NCBI GenBank assembly: GCA_964016885.1
Contig: OZ024752.1
Span: 5,766,001 to 5,830,000 of the forward strand
Direction of reading: 5' to 3'
Source of the DNA: Eledone cirrhosa
Lineage: Eukaryota
Length of the DNA stretch: 64,000 nucleotides
Positions 1 through 12,020 of this stretch are shown in pieces. Under the pieces are notes generated by a model. It searched no databases. It worked only from the letters and a program-made list of their open reading frames with translations, and had not been told where the DNA came from. A program made the translations under genes and the position numbers. Position 1 is the first letter of the stretch. Each line of letters starts with the position of its first letter.

Positions 1-1880
1 ATTGACTGACATAGAGTCAAGGGAATCAATGCAAGTAGTGTGACATATTGACTGACAGAGAGTCAAGGGAATCAATGCAAGTAGTGTGACATATTGACTG
101 ACAGAGAGTCAAGGGAATCAATGCAAGTAGTGTGACATATTGACTGACAGAGAGTCAAGGGAATCAATGCAAGTAGTGTGACATATTGACTGACAGAGAG
201 TCAAGGGAATGAATGAAAGTAGTGTGACATATTGACTGACAGAGAGTCAAGGGAATGAATGAAAGTAGTGTGACATATTGACTGACAGAGTGTCAAGGGA
301 ATCAATGCAAGTAGTGTGACATATTGACTGACAAAGAGTCAAGGGAATCAATGCAAGTAGTGTGACATATTGACTGACAGAGAGTCAAGGGAATCAATGC
401 AAGTAGTGTGACATATTGACTGACAGAGAGTCAAGGGAATGAATGAAAGTAGTGTGACATATTGACTGACAGAGAGTCAAGGGAATCAATGCAAGTAGTG
501 TGACATATTGACTGACAGAGAGTCAAGGGAATCAATGCAAGTAGTGTGACATATTGACTGACAGAGAGTCAAGGGAATCAATGCAAGTAGTGTGACATAT
601 TGACTGACAGAGAGTCAAGGGAATCAATGCAATTAGTGTGACATATTGACTGACAGAGAGTCAAGGGAATGAATGAAAGTAGTGTGACATATTGACTGAC
701 AGAGAGTCAAGGGAATCAATGCAAGTAGTGTGACATATTGACTGACAGAGAGTCAAGGGAATGAATGAAAGTAGTGTGACATATTGACTGACAGAGTGTC
801 AAGGGAATCAATGCAAGTAGTGTGACATATTGACTGACAGAGAGTCAAGGGAATCAATGCAAGTAGTGTGACATATTGACTGACAGAGAGTCAAGGGAAT
901 GAATGAAAGTAGTGTGACATATTGACTGACAGAGAGTCAAGGGAATCAATGCAAGTAGTGTGACATATTGATTGACAGAGTGTCAAGGGAATGAATGAAA
1001 GTAGTGTGACATATTGACTGACAGAGAGTCAAGGGAATCAATGAAAGTAGTGTGACATATTGACTGACAGAGAGTCAAGGGAATCAATGCAAGTAGTGTG
1101 ACATATTGACTGACAGAGAGTCAAGGGAATGAATGAAAGTAGTGTGACATATTGACTGACAGAGAGTCAAGGGAATCAATGCAAGTAGTGTGACATATTG
1201 ACTGACAGAGAGTCAAGGGAATCAATGAAAGTAGTGTGACATATTGACTGACAGAGAGTCAAGGGAATCAATGCAAGCAGTGTGACATATTGACTGACAG
1301 AGAGTCAAGGGAATCAATGAAAGTAGTGTGACATATTGACTGACAGAGAGTCAAGGGAATCAATGAAAGTAGTGTGACATATTGACTGACAGAGAGTCAA
1401 GGGAATCAATGCAAGTAGTGTGACATATTGACTGACAGAGAGTCAAGGGAATGAATGAAAGTAGTGTGACATATTGACTGACAGAGTGTCAAGGGAATCA
1501 ATGCAAGTAGTGTGTCATATTGACTGACAGAGAGTCAAGGGAATGAATGCAAGTAGTGTGACATATTGACTGACAGAGAGTCAAGGGAATCAATGCAAGT
1601 AGTGTGACATATTGACTGACAGAGAGTCAAGGGAATCAATGCAAGTAGTGTGACATATTGACTGACAGAGAGTCAAGGGAATGAATGCAAGTAGTGTGAC
1701 ATATTGACTGACAGAGAGTCAAGGGAATCAATGCAAGTAGTGTGACATATTGACTGACAGAGAGTCAAGGGAATGAATGCAAGTAGTGTGACATATTGAC
1801 TGACAGAGAGTCAAGGGAATGAATGCAAGTAGTGTGACATATTGACTGACAGAGAGTCAAGGGAATGAATGCAAGTAGTG
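1..1880. repeat. 46-bp minisatellite, about 41 copies, runs off the left edge
   Basis: Unit attgactgacagagagtcaagggaat(c/g)aatg(c/a)aagtagtgtgacat repeated head-to-tail with no spacers; internal inverted repeat ttgact...agtcaa. Confidence 0.98.
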
Positions 1881-1945
1881 CGATCTACTGATTGATTGAA
1901 ATATTTTAACTTGAAACCTGAAACACAGAAACCAAGAATACACAC

Positions 1946-2137
1946 CTCTAATTTCTCAAATTCTAAATTATCAAAATGTATTCGCTGATTATCCAGAACT
2001 TCATGTTCTTTCTGGTACCGTTCCAAGAGATTGTCTTCATCTTCTATAATACAGGCCTCCAGTAACTGTTCTGTTTCATAATGTTTCTTTTCTAATTCTC
2101 GTAGCTTCTTTTTCTCAACTTCTATCAGTTCAAGGTC
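1946..2137 (-). CDS. PHLDB-like: Internal coding exon (192 nt, phase 0-0) of a PHLDB/LL5-like coiled-coil protein
   Basis: Acceptor ttttgttttatag|GAC, donor GAG|gtgtgt. Open for 64 codons: DLELIEVEKKKLRELEKKHYETEQLLEACIIEDEDNLLERYQKEHEVLDNQRIHFDNLEFEKLE. The end resembles the HFEDLEFQQLE motif recalled from vertebrate PHLDB2. Confidence 0.88.
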
Positions 2138-2224
2138 CTATAAAACAAAACAAAACGGAACTTGAATTTGATTTTAGTGGAGAATTGATTGACCCTTAGA
2201 TATGGGGAGGTTGCTGTGACATAA

Positions 2225-2350
2225 ATGAACTCATGCAATGAAGTGTGGTTCCAAGTTCAGTTCCTCGATCTGATGACGCGTTATGTCCTTGAGCAAGACA
2301 CTTTATTTCATGTTGCTCTTTCTACCTGGAGCTACAAACAGTAAATATCA
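2225..2350 (+). mobile_element. Degenerate tRNA-derived SINE fragment
   Basis: Contains tgtccttgagcaagacactttatttca, shared with the better preserved copy at 4226-4375. Confidence 0.7.
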
Positions 2351-3207
2351 TCAGTAATTGGAAAAACAGATGGAAACATTGTTTTTTTGGGGGCTCTAAT
2401 TTGACAAGTTCCACCCCACTTATTAAGCAATTGAGGTCAGATGTTGTCAACTGATTTGATATGTAATGAATAAGCAGTCATAGAACAATAGCAGTGGCTA
2501 CTGAGGGGCTTAGTGAATTAGTGGGGGAAAAGCTGCACTACTTTACGGTATCGGAGCCAGCTGTGGAAGAAAGGGGTTTACCTAATGGATAAGCAGAAGT
2601 GGAACAAAAGTTTGAGGTTAGTTACACAGGTGTGTATCTAATAATACCATGTATCTAGAATAGGTACACCATATCTCTGCATGTCATAGGTGGTGACTGA
2701 AAGAGTTGGTACCATGAAGGGTATCTGATCATAAAATAATGCCTAAAAAAACACCTCACGATGAGTTTAATAAGAAAGGAAAGGAGATAATAGAATTAAT
2801 TAGAAATTGAAATGTTGTAGTAAAGGGCTACAAATAGTAATAGAGAGAATAGAGAGATATAATTCCCGAGATAAGATTACATTAATCATTTAATTCTGGA
2901 AGAATGAACCAATAGAGAACATTAAGACTGTATTTCTAATGAAATACAGTGATGTAAGTGTTACTCAAGGAGAAAAGACAGCAATAATGACTTGGTTTGG
3001 GGAATCTGCAAGACTGGCGCCAAGAACTGAAGAGGCTTTCTTAAAACCAGAGACCTGCTTCAAATGATTAAAGTAGAATGGACTTCACTAAAGACACCCA
3101 AGGGCCATATGATGATTTTAAACACTTAGCTTTTTGTAATAGTTCAGCAGAAAATATTATATATCTATCTATCTATATATCTATCTATATATATAAATGA
3201 AAGGTAT

Positions 3208-3255
3208 CGGATAGTGGAGTTATAACTTTAATTAAAGTTATAACTCCACTATCCG
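3208..3255. repeat. Perfect 48-bp palindrome without spacer
   Basis: cggatagtggagttataactttaa|ttaaagttataactccactatccg; the halves are exact reverse complements. Confidence 0.97.
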
Positions 3256-3432
3256 GGAGCTTCCAACAGCAATGGTTGCATTCTTTAAGGGTATGTCAAT
3301 ATTTATTTATAAAACTGCTCTATATTATATTTTATCTGATGAAAGCACACCATAATTTAACTTGGTGTCCTTGAAATATGTATAATGAAATAAATATGGT
3401 TTTATAAATATAGTTTCCATTTGTTAATATTG
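3256..3432 (+). mobile_element. Penelope-like pseudo-LTR remnant
   Basis: Same sequence family as the reverse complement of about 61371-61545; carries a hammerhead core. The family assignment is inferred from the ribozyme type. Confidence 0.55.
3328..3392 (+). ncRNA. Type I minimal hammerhead ribozyme motif
   Basis: Stem I tattttat/atgaaata; CTGATGA at 3336-3342; stem II aagcacacca/tggtgtcctt with one mismatch; GAAA at 3373-3376; short near-palindromic stem III; predicted AUA cleavage triplet ending at 3384. Confidence 0.65.
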
Positions 3433-3520
3433 TATATATATATATATGTGAGTCCTGGATTCAATCGAGGGTAACAACAGTAAGTAAGGAACTCAATACA
3501 TTAGTAGAGTGTAAACATCA

Positions 3521-3649
3521 AGTTTAATATAGAAATGGTTTCTACAGGATTAGAACTGTTTCATTCAAAACAAATCATCAGGAAAGCCCTGATGATTTCT
3601 TGTGAATGAAACAGTTCTAGTCCCATAGAAGCCATTTCTATATTAAACT
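3521..3649. repeat. Inverted repeat with about 62-bp arms and a 5-nt loop
   Basis: agtttaatatagaaatgg...aaatcatcagg aaagc cctgatgattt...ccatttctatattaaact, few mismatches. Confidence 0.92.
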
Positions 3650-4183
3650 ACACATACATATGTGTGTGTGTATAGATAAACTACACATACATGTGTGTGT
3701 GTGTGTGTGTGTATATAGGTACACATACATATGTGTGTGTGTATTGATATAAAGTTTTCATTTTCTATTTTGTTTTTTGACTTAACTGGACCTTTTTTTC
3801 TGTTTCTCCATTGTGATCCTGTCTCTTTTTGTATTCCTGAAGAAGGGCTTAAGCCCGACACATCAAACTTTCTTTCCCCTTTCCAATATAAAGCATGAAA
3901 CTAATAAGACTTCTTGTACCCCTGTTTGTTGTCTCCTTGAACTAATATATATATATTTATATATATATATATATATATTATTGATATTTTATCTGAGTGA
4001 CCCGAATCTTCCTGATCGTAATTTTTCGGTCGTATGGTTGATTTTAGACATAATCTATGTGTGTTGTTATTTTAACGATAGTTATAGCTCTGATTTATCT
4101 GAATTATTGAGCCCTCTGCCACTCATGTCGAATTTTGTTTATCGCGAACTCGTGCGCCGATTTTTCGATACTCGATTATTCGA

Positions 4184-4225
<42 letters not shown>

Positions 4226-4229
<4 letters not shown>

Positions 4230-4375
4230 AGGCACATGGCTTAGTGGTTAGAGCATTGGCCTTGCAATCGAGAGGTTGTGAGTTCAATTCTCAGACCAGG
4301 TGATGTGTTGTTTCCTTGAGCAAGACACTTTATTTCACATTGCTCCAGTTTACTCAGCTGTAGAAATGAGATGAT
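4226..4375 (+). mobile_element. tRNA-derived SINE (head plus conserved central domain)
   Basis: A-box-like tggcttagtgg, B-box-like gagttcaattc, then ccttgagcaagacactttatttcacattgctccagt; related copies occur through the window. Confidence 0.8.
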
Positions 4376-4404
4376 AGGACTGGGGTCCATATGATTCCAC
4401 TGCA

Positions 4405-4570
4405 AAGTGGTCGTGGAGGTGCCACGGCAAAAAAAGCACCCAGCACTCACTGTAAATGAGGTTGGTGTTTGGAAGGGCATCCAGCTGTAGAAATCAAGCC
4501 AGAATCAGTTCCCGTCCCACCCTTGCATCAGGGAAAAGTGGACGTAAAATGAAATGATGATGATGATGTA
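4405..4570 (+). mobile_element. Interspersed retroposon 3' segment with (GAT)n tail
   Basis: aaaagcacccagcactcactgtaaatgaggttggtgtt.ggaagggcatccagctgtagaaa...ggacgtaaaa then (tga)n; nearly identical at 50340-50600, related at about 9630, 30870, 56580, 57560, 60600. Confidence 0.8.
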
Positions 4571-4821
4571 TTGATGTGTAAATACACACACACACAATGG
4601 GTTTCCACAGTTTACATTTGACGAAGCCCACTTGAAGTTATAAGGGAAGCCATGACTATATTTGATCGGAGACAATCTAAGGTGCTACATGATGGGAACC
4701 CAGAACTACATGGTTAGCAAGAACAACTTCTTTGTCACACATGTCATGCCTGAGAACATTAAATTAAAGAAAGTAAACATTAGATTTCAGATGAAACAGA
4801 ACAATTACTTGATGATGATGG

Positions 4822-4853
<32 letters not shown>

Positions 4854-4904
4854 ATGATGATGGTTTCTAATTTAGCCAAAAGGTCAGTAATTTTAGGGGA
4901 ACAG

Positions 4905-5485
4905 GAAGCCTGGGCAGTGCATGCTACATGTGAATGGAGTTCCACTGAAGCAGGTGAAGTAGTTCAAATATATTGGGGCCGTGTTCACGAGTGACCGAAG
5001 GCAGGAGGCTGAATTAAGTGCAAGAATTGCAGGAGCGGGTGCAGTAACGCGTCAGCTTCAGTATTCGGTAATCAGAAGAAAGGAGGTAGGTGTAAAAGCC
5101 AAACTTGCTATCTTCAATTCAGTATTTGTGCCAACCCTTACTTACAAGCCACCAAAATGGGGTTCTTCTGAAGACTCTTTGGAGTAACGTTACTCGATAG
5201 AGTGTATAGCTCGGATATTAGAGAGTCACTCCAAGTAGAGCTGCTACTTCTCCAAATTGAGAGATCACAACTCCGATATTACAGACATGTGTGGTTAGAA
5301 TGTCTCATGAAAGAATTGCTGGACAGATTTTATAGGCAAAACCAACCAGCAGGAGACCCAGGAGTAGACCCCGAGCAAGATGGTTGGATAACATCCATAA
5401 TGAACTCGACTGGTCTTACTTGGGGATCCAGCCGGATCAGTTGGAGAGGGTTGCTTCTGAAGGACCTGCTGGAAGTAGTACTTGA
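4905..5485 (+). mobile_element. Degenerate RTE-clade LINE, C-terminal part of the RT ORF
   Basis: Broken translation FKYIGAVFTSDRRQEAELSARIAGAG...KAKLAIFNSVFVPTLTY...IRESLQVELLLLQIERSQLRYYRHV, typical of RTE (Expander/REX3-like) elements; frameshifts and an internal deletion. Confidence 0.8.
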
Positions 5486-5491
5486 AGAAAA

Positions 5492-5531
<40 letters not shown>

Positions 5532-5959
5532 AGAGGGGGTTTAATTTGTCCCAGCATTTCAGTGGTATTTTATTTTATTAATTCCAGAGGGATGAAAGGT
5601 GAAGTTGGTAGGATTTGAATAATAATAATAACAACAACAACAGTTCCAAGATTCTCTGATTGGGAAGAACATTATCAGCAACAAATACATAAAAACATCA
5701 GATTAACAAGATAAATACAGGAAACAAATGAGAGGGGGAGGGAGAGCGAGAGAGAGGGGGAGAAAGAGAGAGAGAGAGAGGTGGAGAGAGAGAGAGGTAG
5801 AGAGAGAGAGAGTTTCAGTACAGAAGTATGTGTGCAAATTCTTAATGCAGTGGTAGCCATAGCAATAGATAAATAAATAAAAATGAATAAATAAAAAACA
5901 AAAGAATAAAATGAAGAAGAATATATATATATGTAAGTATGCATACGTACACATGTGTG

Positions 5960-5992
<33 letters not shown>

Positions 5993-6024
5993 CATATGTA
6001 CGCATGGGTTATATCAAACATTAA

Positions 6025-6220
6025 TAATTGTTTCTACTTTAGGCACAAGGCCAGCAATTATCCCAGTGCATTACTGGTACTTTATTTTATCGACCCCGTA
6101 AGGATGAAAGGCAAAGTTAACCTCGGCGGGATTTGAACTCGGAATGGCAAGGGCCGTAACTCTATGCGTCAAAGCATGGCGTCCGACCCTCTCCCGATAC
6201 TGCCAATCCACCGCCATTCA
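6025..6220 (-). mobile_element. Young tRNA-derived SINE, abundant family
   Basis: aattgtttctactttaggcacaaggccagcaatt...atcgaccccgtaaggatgaaaggcaaagttaacctcggcgggatttgaactc; B-box gagttcaaatcc on the minus strand; more than 8 similar copies in the window. Confidence 0.85.
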
Positions 6221-6397
6221 AACATTAATAATAATATTCGATCGTTTGTGAACAATCGGTCCCACTAAAGTTGTGCCGATGACAAATCGTGATCTGTTTG
6301 TTCAACATGTCATCGATAACAGCTTTAGTGGAGATCATTGTTTACAAACGGATCTAATATTATTATTAATGTTCGATATAACCCATGCGTACAAATG

Positions 6398-6399
<2 letters not shown>

Positions 6400-6448
<49 letters not shown>

Positions 6449-6503
6449 ACGTATGCATACTTATATTTATATATCAGCTGTGCTACGGCGAGAAATAAAA
6501 TTC

Positions 6504-6588
<85 letters not shown>

Positions 6589-6730
6589 GGGTGTGTGTGT
6601 GTATATAGAGAGAGAGAGGAGGGAGAGGGAGAGGGGGAGAGAGAGAGAGGGAGAGAGAGAGAGTGAGAGAGAGAGGGAGAGGGAGAGAGGGAGAGAGAGA
6701 GGGAGAGGGAGAGAGAGAGAGAGAAATGAG
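6400..6730. repeat. Compound microsatellite (GT)n/(AT)n/(AG)n
   Basis: Read directly; explains the overlapping spurious ORFs. Confidence 0.95.
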
Positions 6731-7356
6731 ACATGGATTTAATTGCAAATTAAGAAAAAAACAAGAACACTGCAAAGGTTTTAATATGAAGCAAAATGAT
6801 AATATAATATATACCTGTGTGTACGTATTTACGTATACCTGTGTGTGTGTGTGTAATGTGTGCATGTAATATATACCTGTGTGTACGTATTTACGTAACC
6901 TATGTGTGTGTAATAATGTGTGCATGCATATACACACATGCCCACACATGTATGTATGTATGTATGAATACACACTCACAGACCTATATTGTGTAAAACC
7001 ATTAAGTTAGAGCTAAGGTTTTCTGAGAATGCAATAAACGATGTATTTATGATAAAAATCAAAAAATCAAAACGACAGCTTTATTTATTGATTATTGATT
7101 ATGACCAGGAAAGATATTTAATTATTTCCTTTTGATTAATGGAGAGAAATGTCTTTAAACAGTGGGTGTGTTCTTACTTGGTAACAGTGTGCCATGAGAT
7201 TCACACTAACTGGTACCTTAGACGAGTGTCTCCTCTCCAACAGTTTGTGAGGGAAATTTGAACATTGGTAGACCGAAACTGCAGAAGCCCATTTCACATA
7301 TATAGAAGCCACTAAAATAAATTTGGTGACCCTTTTATACTATATATATATATATT

Positions 7357-7399
<43 letters not shown>

Positions 7400-7402
<3 letters not shown>

Positions 7403-8597
7403 TGAGCTACAGCTTTAACATTTTGAACTGGATACTAAAAGAACTAACTGAAATAGATAGAAAAACCAGAAAAATACTGACCGCATTTAGAATACACCAT
7501 CCAAAATCAGACGTAGAAATATTATACCTACCAAGAACACAAGGAGGAAGGGGCCTTATGCAACTAAAAACTCTTATAAAATAACTTCTGTAGAGCTACA
7601 AAAATACCTAATAAAAAACAAAAGAAAACTAATACAAATAGTCTTGAAACATGAACTAAAAAAATCTGTTGTCGGTCTTCAAGGGAGCCAAAAAATTCAA
7701 ATGAGAAATTGGACGAACAGATAATTCTTAGGAAAATGAAGGCAAAGAAAAAACAACAATAAAAGTTGTAAAAGACATCAAATTTAAATTGAAAACTGAC
7801 ATCCAGAATGCCATATTAAAACGATGGCAAGAGAAATCCTTACATGACCAATACCCCCAAAAAGCTAAATAGAAAGGAAGTAGACAAAGAAAACACACAA
7901 AACTGGCTCCGAAGCACTGGACTAAAAGCTGAGACAGAAGGATTTTTAATTGCAGCGCAGGACCAGCGTCTACCCACCAGAAACTTCCAGAAGTACATAA
8001 TGAAACAAAGCACAATAAGTAACTGTAGAATATGTGGAGATAGGGAAGAAACAATGAACCAGATAGTCCCTGGATGGCCAGCTCTAGACAAAAAAGAAAC
8101 TCCAAAAAAAGAAACTTTCCAAATATAAAGATCTAGAGATAGAAATAACACGAATGTGGAAAATGCATACAGAAACATAGGTCTTATATATACAACATAC
8201 AAAAGATAGCACTACTAGGCACTGCACACATATTATGAAAAGTAATATAAATACAACAGAAACAACATCAGCAAAAACTACACTGCACATACCCAAGGTG
8301 CACAGAACTGTGCACCTTGGTAATGCAGTAATGATGTGCAATAAAAATAATAATAATAAAGATCTGGAAATAGAGATATAATAAAGATCTAGAAAATGTG
8401 GAAGTTGAGAACTAAAACAATAGCAGTGGTTGTAGGTGCTCTAGGAATGATACCTAAGGGGTCTAATGATTACTTATATCAAATCCCAGGAAACCTGCAT
8501 ATAGAAGAAATACAAAAGATAGTACTAATGGGAACTGCCCATATACCGAGGAAGATTCTGTCAATATAAATACATCACAAGTCTAAACACCTAAGGA

Positions 8598-8636
<39 letters not shown>

Positions 8637-8748
8637 CTTGAACATGGCAGATCTTGTTGTCTCTTGAGGTCACTGGTTGTGACTTAGTGATAATTTGTAT
8701 GAACATAAAGCAAGATAAATGAAAAAAAAAAAAAATAATAATAATAAT
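7400..8748 (+). mobile_element. 5'-truncated, degenerate R4/Dong-like non-LTR retrotransposon (RT C-terminus, zinc knuckle, restriction-like endonuclease)
   Basis: IDRKTRKILT...HHPKSDVEILYLPRTQGGRGL; LKAETEGFLIAAQDQ; CRICGDREET; KYKDLEIEI; VVVGALGMIPK...IQKIVLMGTAHI; stop near 8569; A-rich/(AAT)n tail. Confidence 0.8.
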
Positions 8749-9864
8749 TACAATAATCTACCATTGGAGATATTTTCTGACAGATAAACAGGCCGGCAGT
8801 AAGTAGAGAGACAGGGAAAGGCAGAAGAATTCTGCTAATTATATTTTAATTTCTCCAGAAGAATCCAATATGTAAAGGTCAGAGGAAGGAATGGCAAAAA
8901 AGAGGATTATTGGTGATAAAAGAAATGAGAAAATTCTTGATAAAGAAGTCATTGGAAATGTATCATTTATAGAGAGTTTGATAAACAACTAGTGTGTGTG
9001 TGTGGGGGGGGGGGGTATCTAAATATAAGGTGATTCTAGAATCCAAACTCAGATATTCAGATATATATATTTGTTTACCTGTTTCTGTTATTAGACAGCG
9101 GCCATGCTACGACACCACCTTAAAACACACACACACATACATGTAAAAGGTTAACAGAAATAACACAGCAAACAACACAGTACGTTGAAGGAATATATTA
9201 GTTTAAAGCTTGGAATAGTCAGAAAAGAGTCAATGTTTTGGACACAAGTCCTTCATCAGAAGATAAAGTTAGAAATAGAAGATAAATAGAAAGAAAAGAG
9301 TCAGAAGAGGATGGAACAGGAAATAAAATACATGTGTGTATTCAGTCAGCCATTTTCCAAGAAGTGTGAAACTAATAAGACTTTGTGCTACTATATCTCT
9401 GTGATTGCCTTGTTTATCTTAAACTATATATATGTCATCATTTAATATATGAATATCAACATCATTTAATGTCTATTTTCCACATTTACATAGGTTAGAT
9501 GGGTTATCACCTTACAAGACAAGTCAGGCCATTTGGGTCTGTAATTTGACTTGGTTTCTACAGTGGATGCCAACAAGTTTAAAATAAGGCCACCATATCC
9601 CTGTATGATGTAAGAAGTGACTAAATGAGTTAGCATCAGGAAGAGCATCTGGCTGAAAGCATTATCTCAAAAAGTGTCGCTCAGCCCATGCCAGTATGGA
9701 AAAGTCAACATATATGATAAATGACGATATATATCCACAAACATATATAATCTACATATATAAACTGTATATAGAACATATATCTTGTATCAAACATACA
9801 TTCATAATTAATGTTTCACTTCTCATTATGTAGATTTCTAATGGAAGTTTTGTTTTACTTCCCC

Positions 9865-10070
9865 AAATTGAGAGATCACAGCTCTGAAACTATGGACATG
9901 TGGCTAGAATGTTTCAGGAAAAAAATCACTGGACAGACTCTACAGACAAAAACCAGCCAGCAAGAGACCCAGGGGTTGACCTCAAACAAGATGGTTGGAT
10001 AACATCTATGAGCTTGGCTGGTCTCACTTGGGGACCCAGCTGGAGATAGTTGTTTCTGGCAGGACCTGAA
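9865..10070 (+). mobile_element. RTE LINE 3' fragment (same family as 4905-5485)
   Basis: aaattgagagatcacagctc...agcaagagacccagggg...caagatggttggataacatc matches 5255-5465. Confidence 0.75.
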
Positions 10071-10697
10071 TATTAATCCATGCCTAATTTGAACTCAAAA
10101 CCTTAATCTTCAATATCAAAGTTATCTCTATATATGGATATAACCATTTGATGAATTACATGAGCCAACAAATCAGAGGATAATATGCCAGTATGGTAAA
10201 CCTCTATGTGGTCACTTGATATGCTAGAAATAACAAGCATATATCCCTCAATTTAGACCCTACCATTGTCATAAAGGAGAGTCACATTTGCTAATAAATG
10301 ATCATCATCGTCATCAGAACATCTGCTAGCATGTGTTGGGTAGGTCATCACATTCTGAAACCATACAGGTCACATGACTATTTTGCTCATATGTTTCATT
10401 TTAGTGTGGCTTCTACGACTGGGTGCACTATTAGTTAATAAACAGGCCTAACAAATATATAGGCGGGTTATGTTAGAACATCTTTGATTATTAGATCAGG
10501 TTTAACCTGTGTCTAAACAACAGCAACTTCCATACCTCCTTTTTATCAATAAAATCTTTATTCCGAGTCTTTGAGACTTTCCAGTGATATCAATGTGACA
10601 GAATACACTAATTAAAACATATATATATATGTATATATATATACAAAGAGAGAAGTCAATAAAATAATGTAATCTTTCCCAGAGAACAGAAACTCAC

Positions 10698-10706
10698 TTT
10701 AATAAA
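10698..10706 (-). CDS. Candidate 9-nt microexon (Phe-Ile-Lys)
   Basis: atgcttctatgttaatatttcag|TTTATTAAA|gtgagt; in frame within a phase-0 intron. Confidence 0.4.
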
Positions 10707-10756
10707 CTGAAATATTAACATAGAAGCATGATTCTCTATAGTTCAACAGACATTTC

Positions 10757-10985
10757 TTAATCCTTTTGATACCAAATTGCTCCTGGTTCTATTATACAAA
10801 ACTGTTTTTAAGTTTTTATATTTATCTAAGATCCTTCCATGATAATATTTTGTCAACCTTTTTTAAGTTATCTTCCAAACACCAGCTTAATAATGAAAAT
10901 GTTGTGTTATTAAATCCCTCTAAATTTTCCATAATTTGAAAACCATAAGCAGTGTATTTCATTGGAAATATGGTTAAAGATTAAA
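10757..10985. mobile_element. Degenerate TTAA-flanked MITE
   Basis: Begins ttaatccttttgataccaaa, ends ggaaatatggttaaagattaa; interior similar to 39061-39738 and about 49870-50178. Confidence 0.55.
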
Positions 10986-11874
10986 TATTGGTTAGAAAGG
11001 GTGCAGGTAGCACAAGCATAACTGGTGTGATTAAGAATTCTGCTTTTACAATTAGTGGATTCTGGTTCAATCCCAGCTCAGAGAGGGCCATTTATTAGTC
11101 TTGTGCAGAGCCCAAGATGAGCTAAGTATTCTGAGTAGATGGAAACTGTACATTCTTGTAATGGATGCAAATGTGGCTGGGTGGTTAAGAAGTCTACTTT
11201 GTGATGATGGAGTCCCAGATTGGTCCCTTTGTAATGATGGTATTTAGGGTATCTTTACCATAGCCTCAAGTCAATTGGTTAGACAGAAACTGTGTGGAAG
11301 CCTATAGATATATCATAAGTGTAATTCAAAGGTCCAGCCTTGTCACAAACTGTATCCTATTGATTTGGCTTGAAAATTTCATTCAGGGTACATGATGTCC
11401 ATGGAATACTCAGTCAATCACATATTAACTTAACAAGTGGGATATTCAGTTGAACATTAAAAAAACTAAACGTTCTTAGTCAAAACTAATAGAGAATCTC
11501 TCCTCACATTTTACCTCTTCTTGGGTAATAGTATTCTTAACTCATTGCTTATTTTAACACCTTCACCTAGAATCTTTTGGACTTGGGTACAATTTACTAT
11601 CACAATTTTGCTGTTGCACAGGGGTAGGATAAAAAAAAGAGTGAGCCAAATAGGATATTTATATAAATTTCAAAATAAAATTGATTTTAATCCTTAGAAA
11701 AATACAAGATATATTTTATATGAGTTTACTTGTTGAAAGTAATTTACAATGAGTTTATATCTATAATACAATTGACAAGATCCCAGACCTCATTCACTTA
11801 CTGAGTGGGGTGGAACTCATCAAATGGAACTAAGGAAACAATATTTCCATTGGTCTTTCTATTGCTGATACTAT

Positions 11875-12020
11875 CTACCAGTTGTAATTCCTGGCAGAAG
11901 GAGTAATGTAAAATAAAGTGTCTTGCTCAAGGACATAAAACATCGCTCAGTCAGGAAATCAAACTTGCAACTTCACGATTGCAAATTCAATTCCTTAACC
12001 ACAAAGCCATGTGTCTTCAC
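11875..12020 (-). mobile_element. tRNA-derived SINE (family of 4226-4375)
   Basis: aaataaagtgtcttgctcaaggaca...ccttaaccacaaagccatgtg is the reverse complement of the SINE head and core; another copy near 12300-12510. Confidence 0.7.

Noticed and set aside
1811-1945. ORF-track extension of the exon into VCILGFCV...
   Set aside because: Read-through past the donor at 1945 into intron and satellite.
4226-4300. tRNA gene
   Set aside because: A and B boxes are present but no convincing cloverleaf; it continues into SINE body sequence found in many copies.
9075-9095. 6-nt microexon (cag|AAACAG|gtaaac, minus strand)
   Set aside because: No pyrimidine tract and a weak donor.
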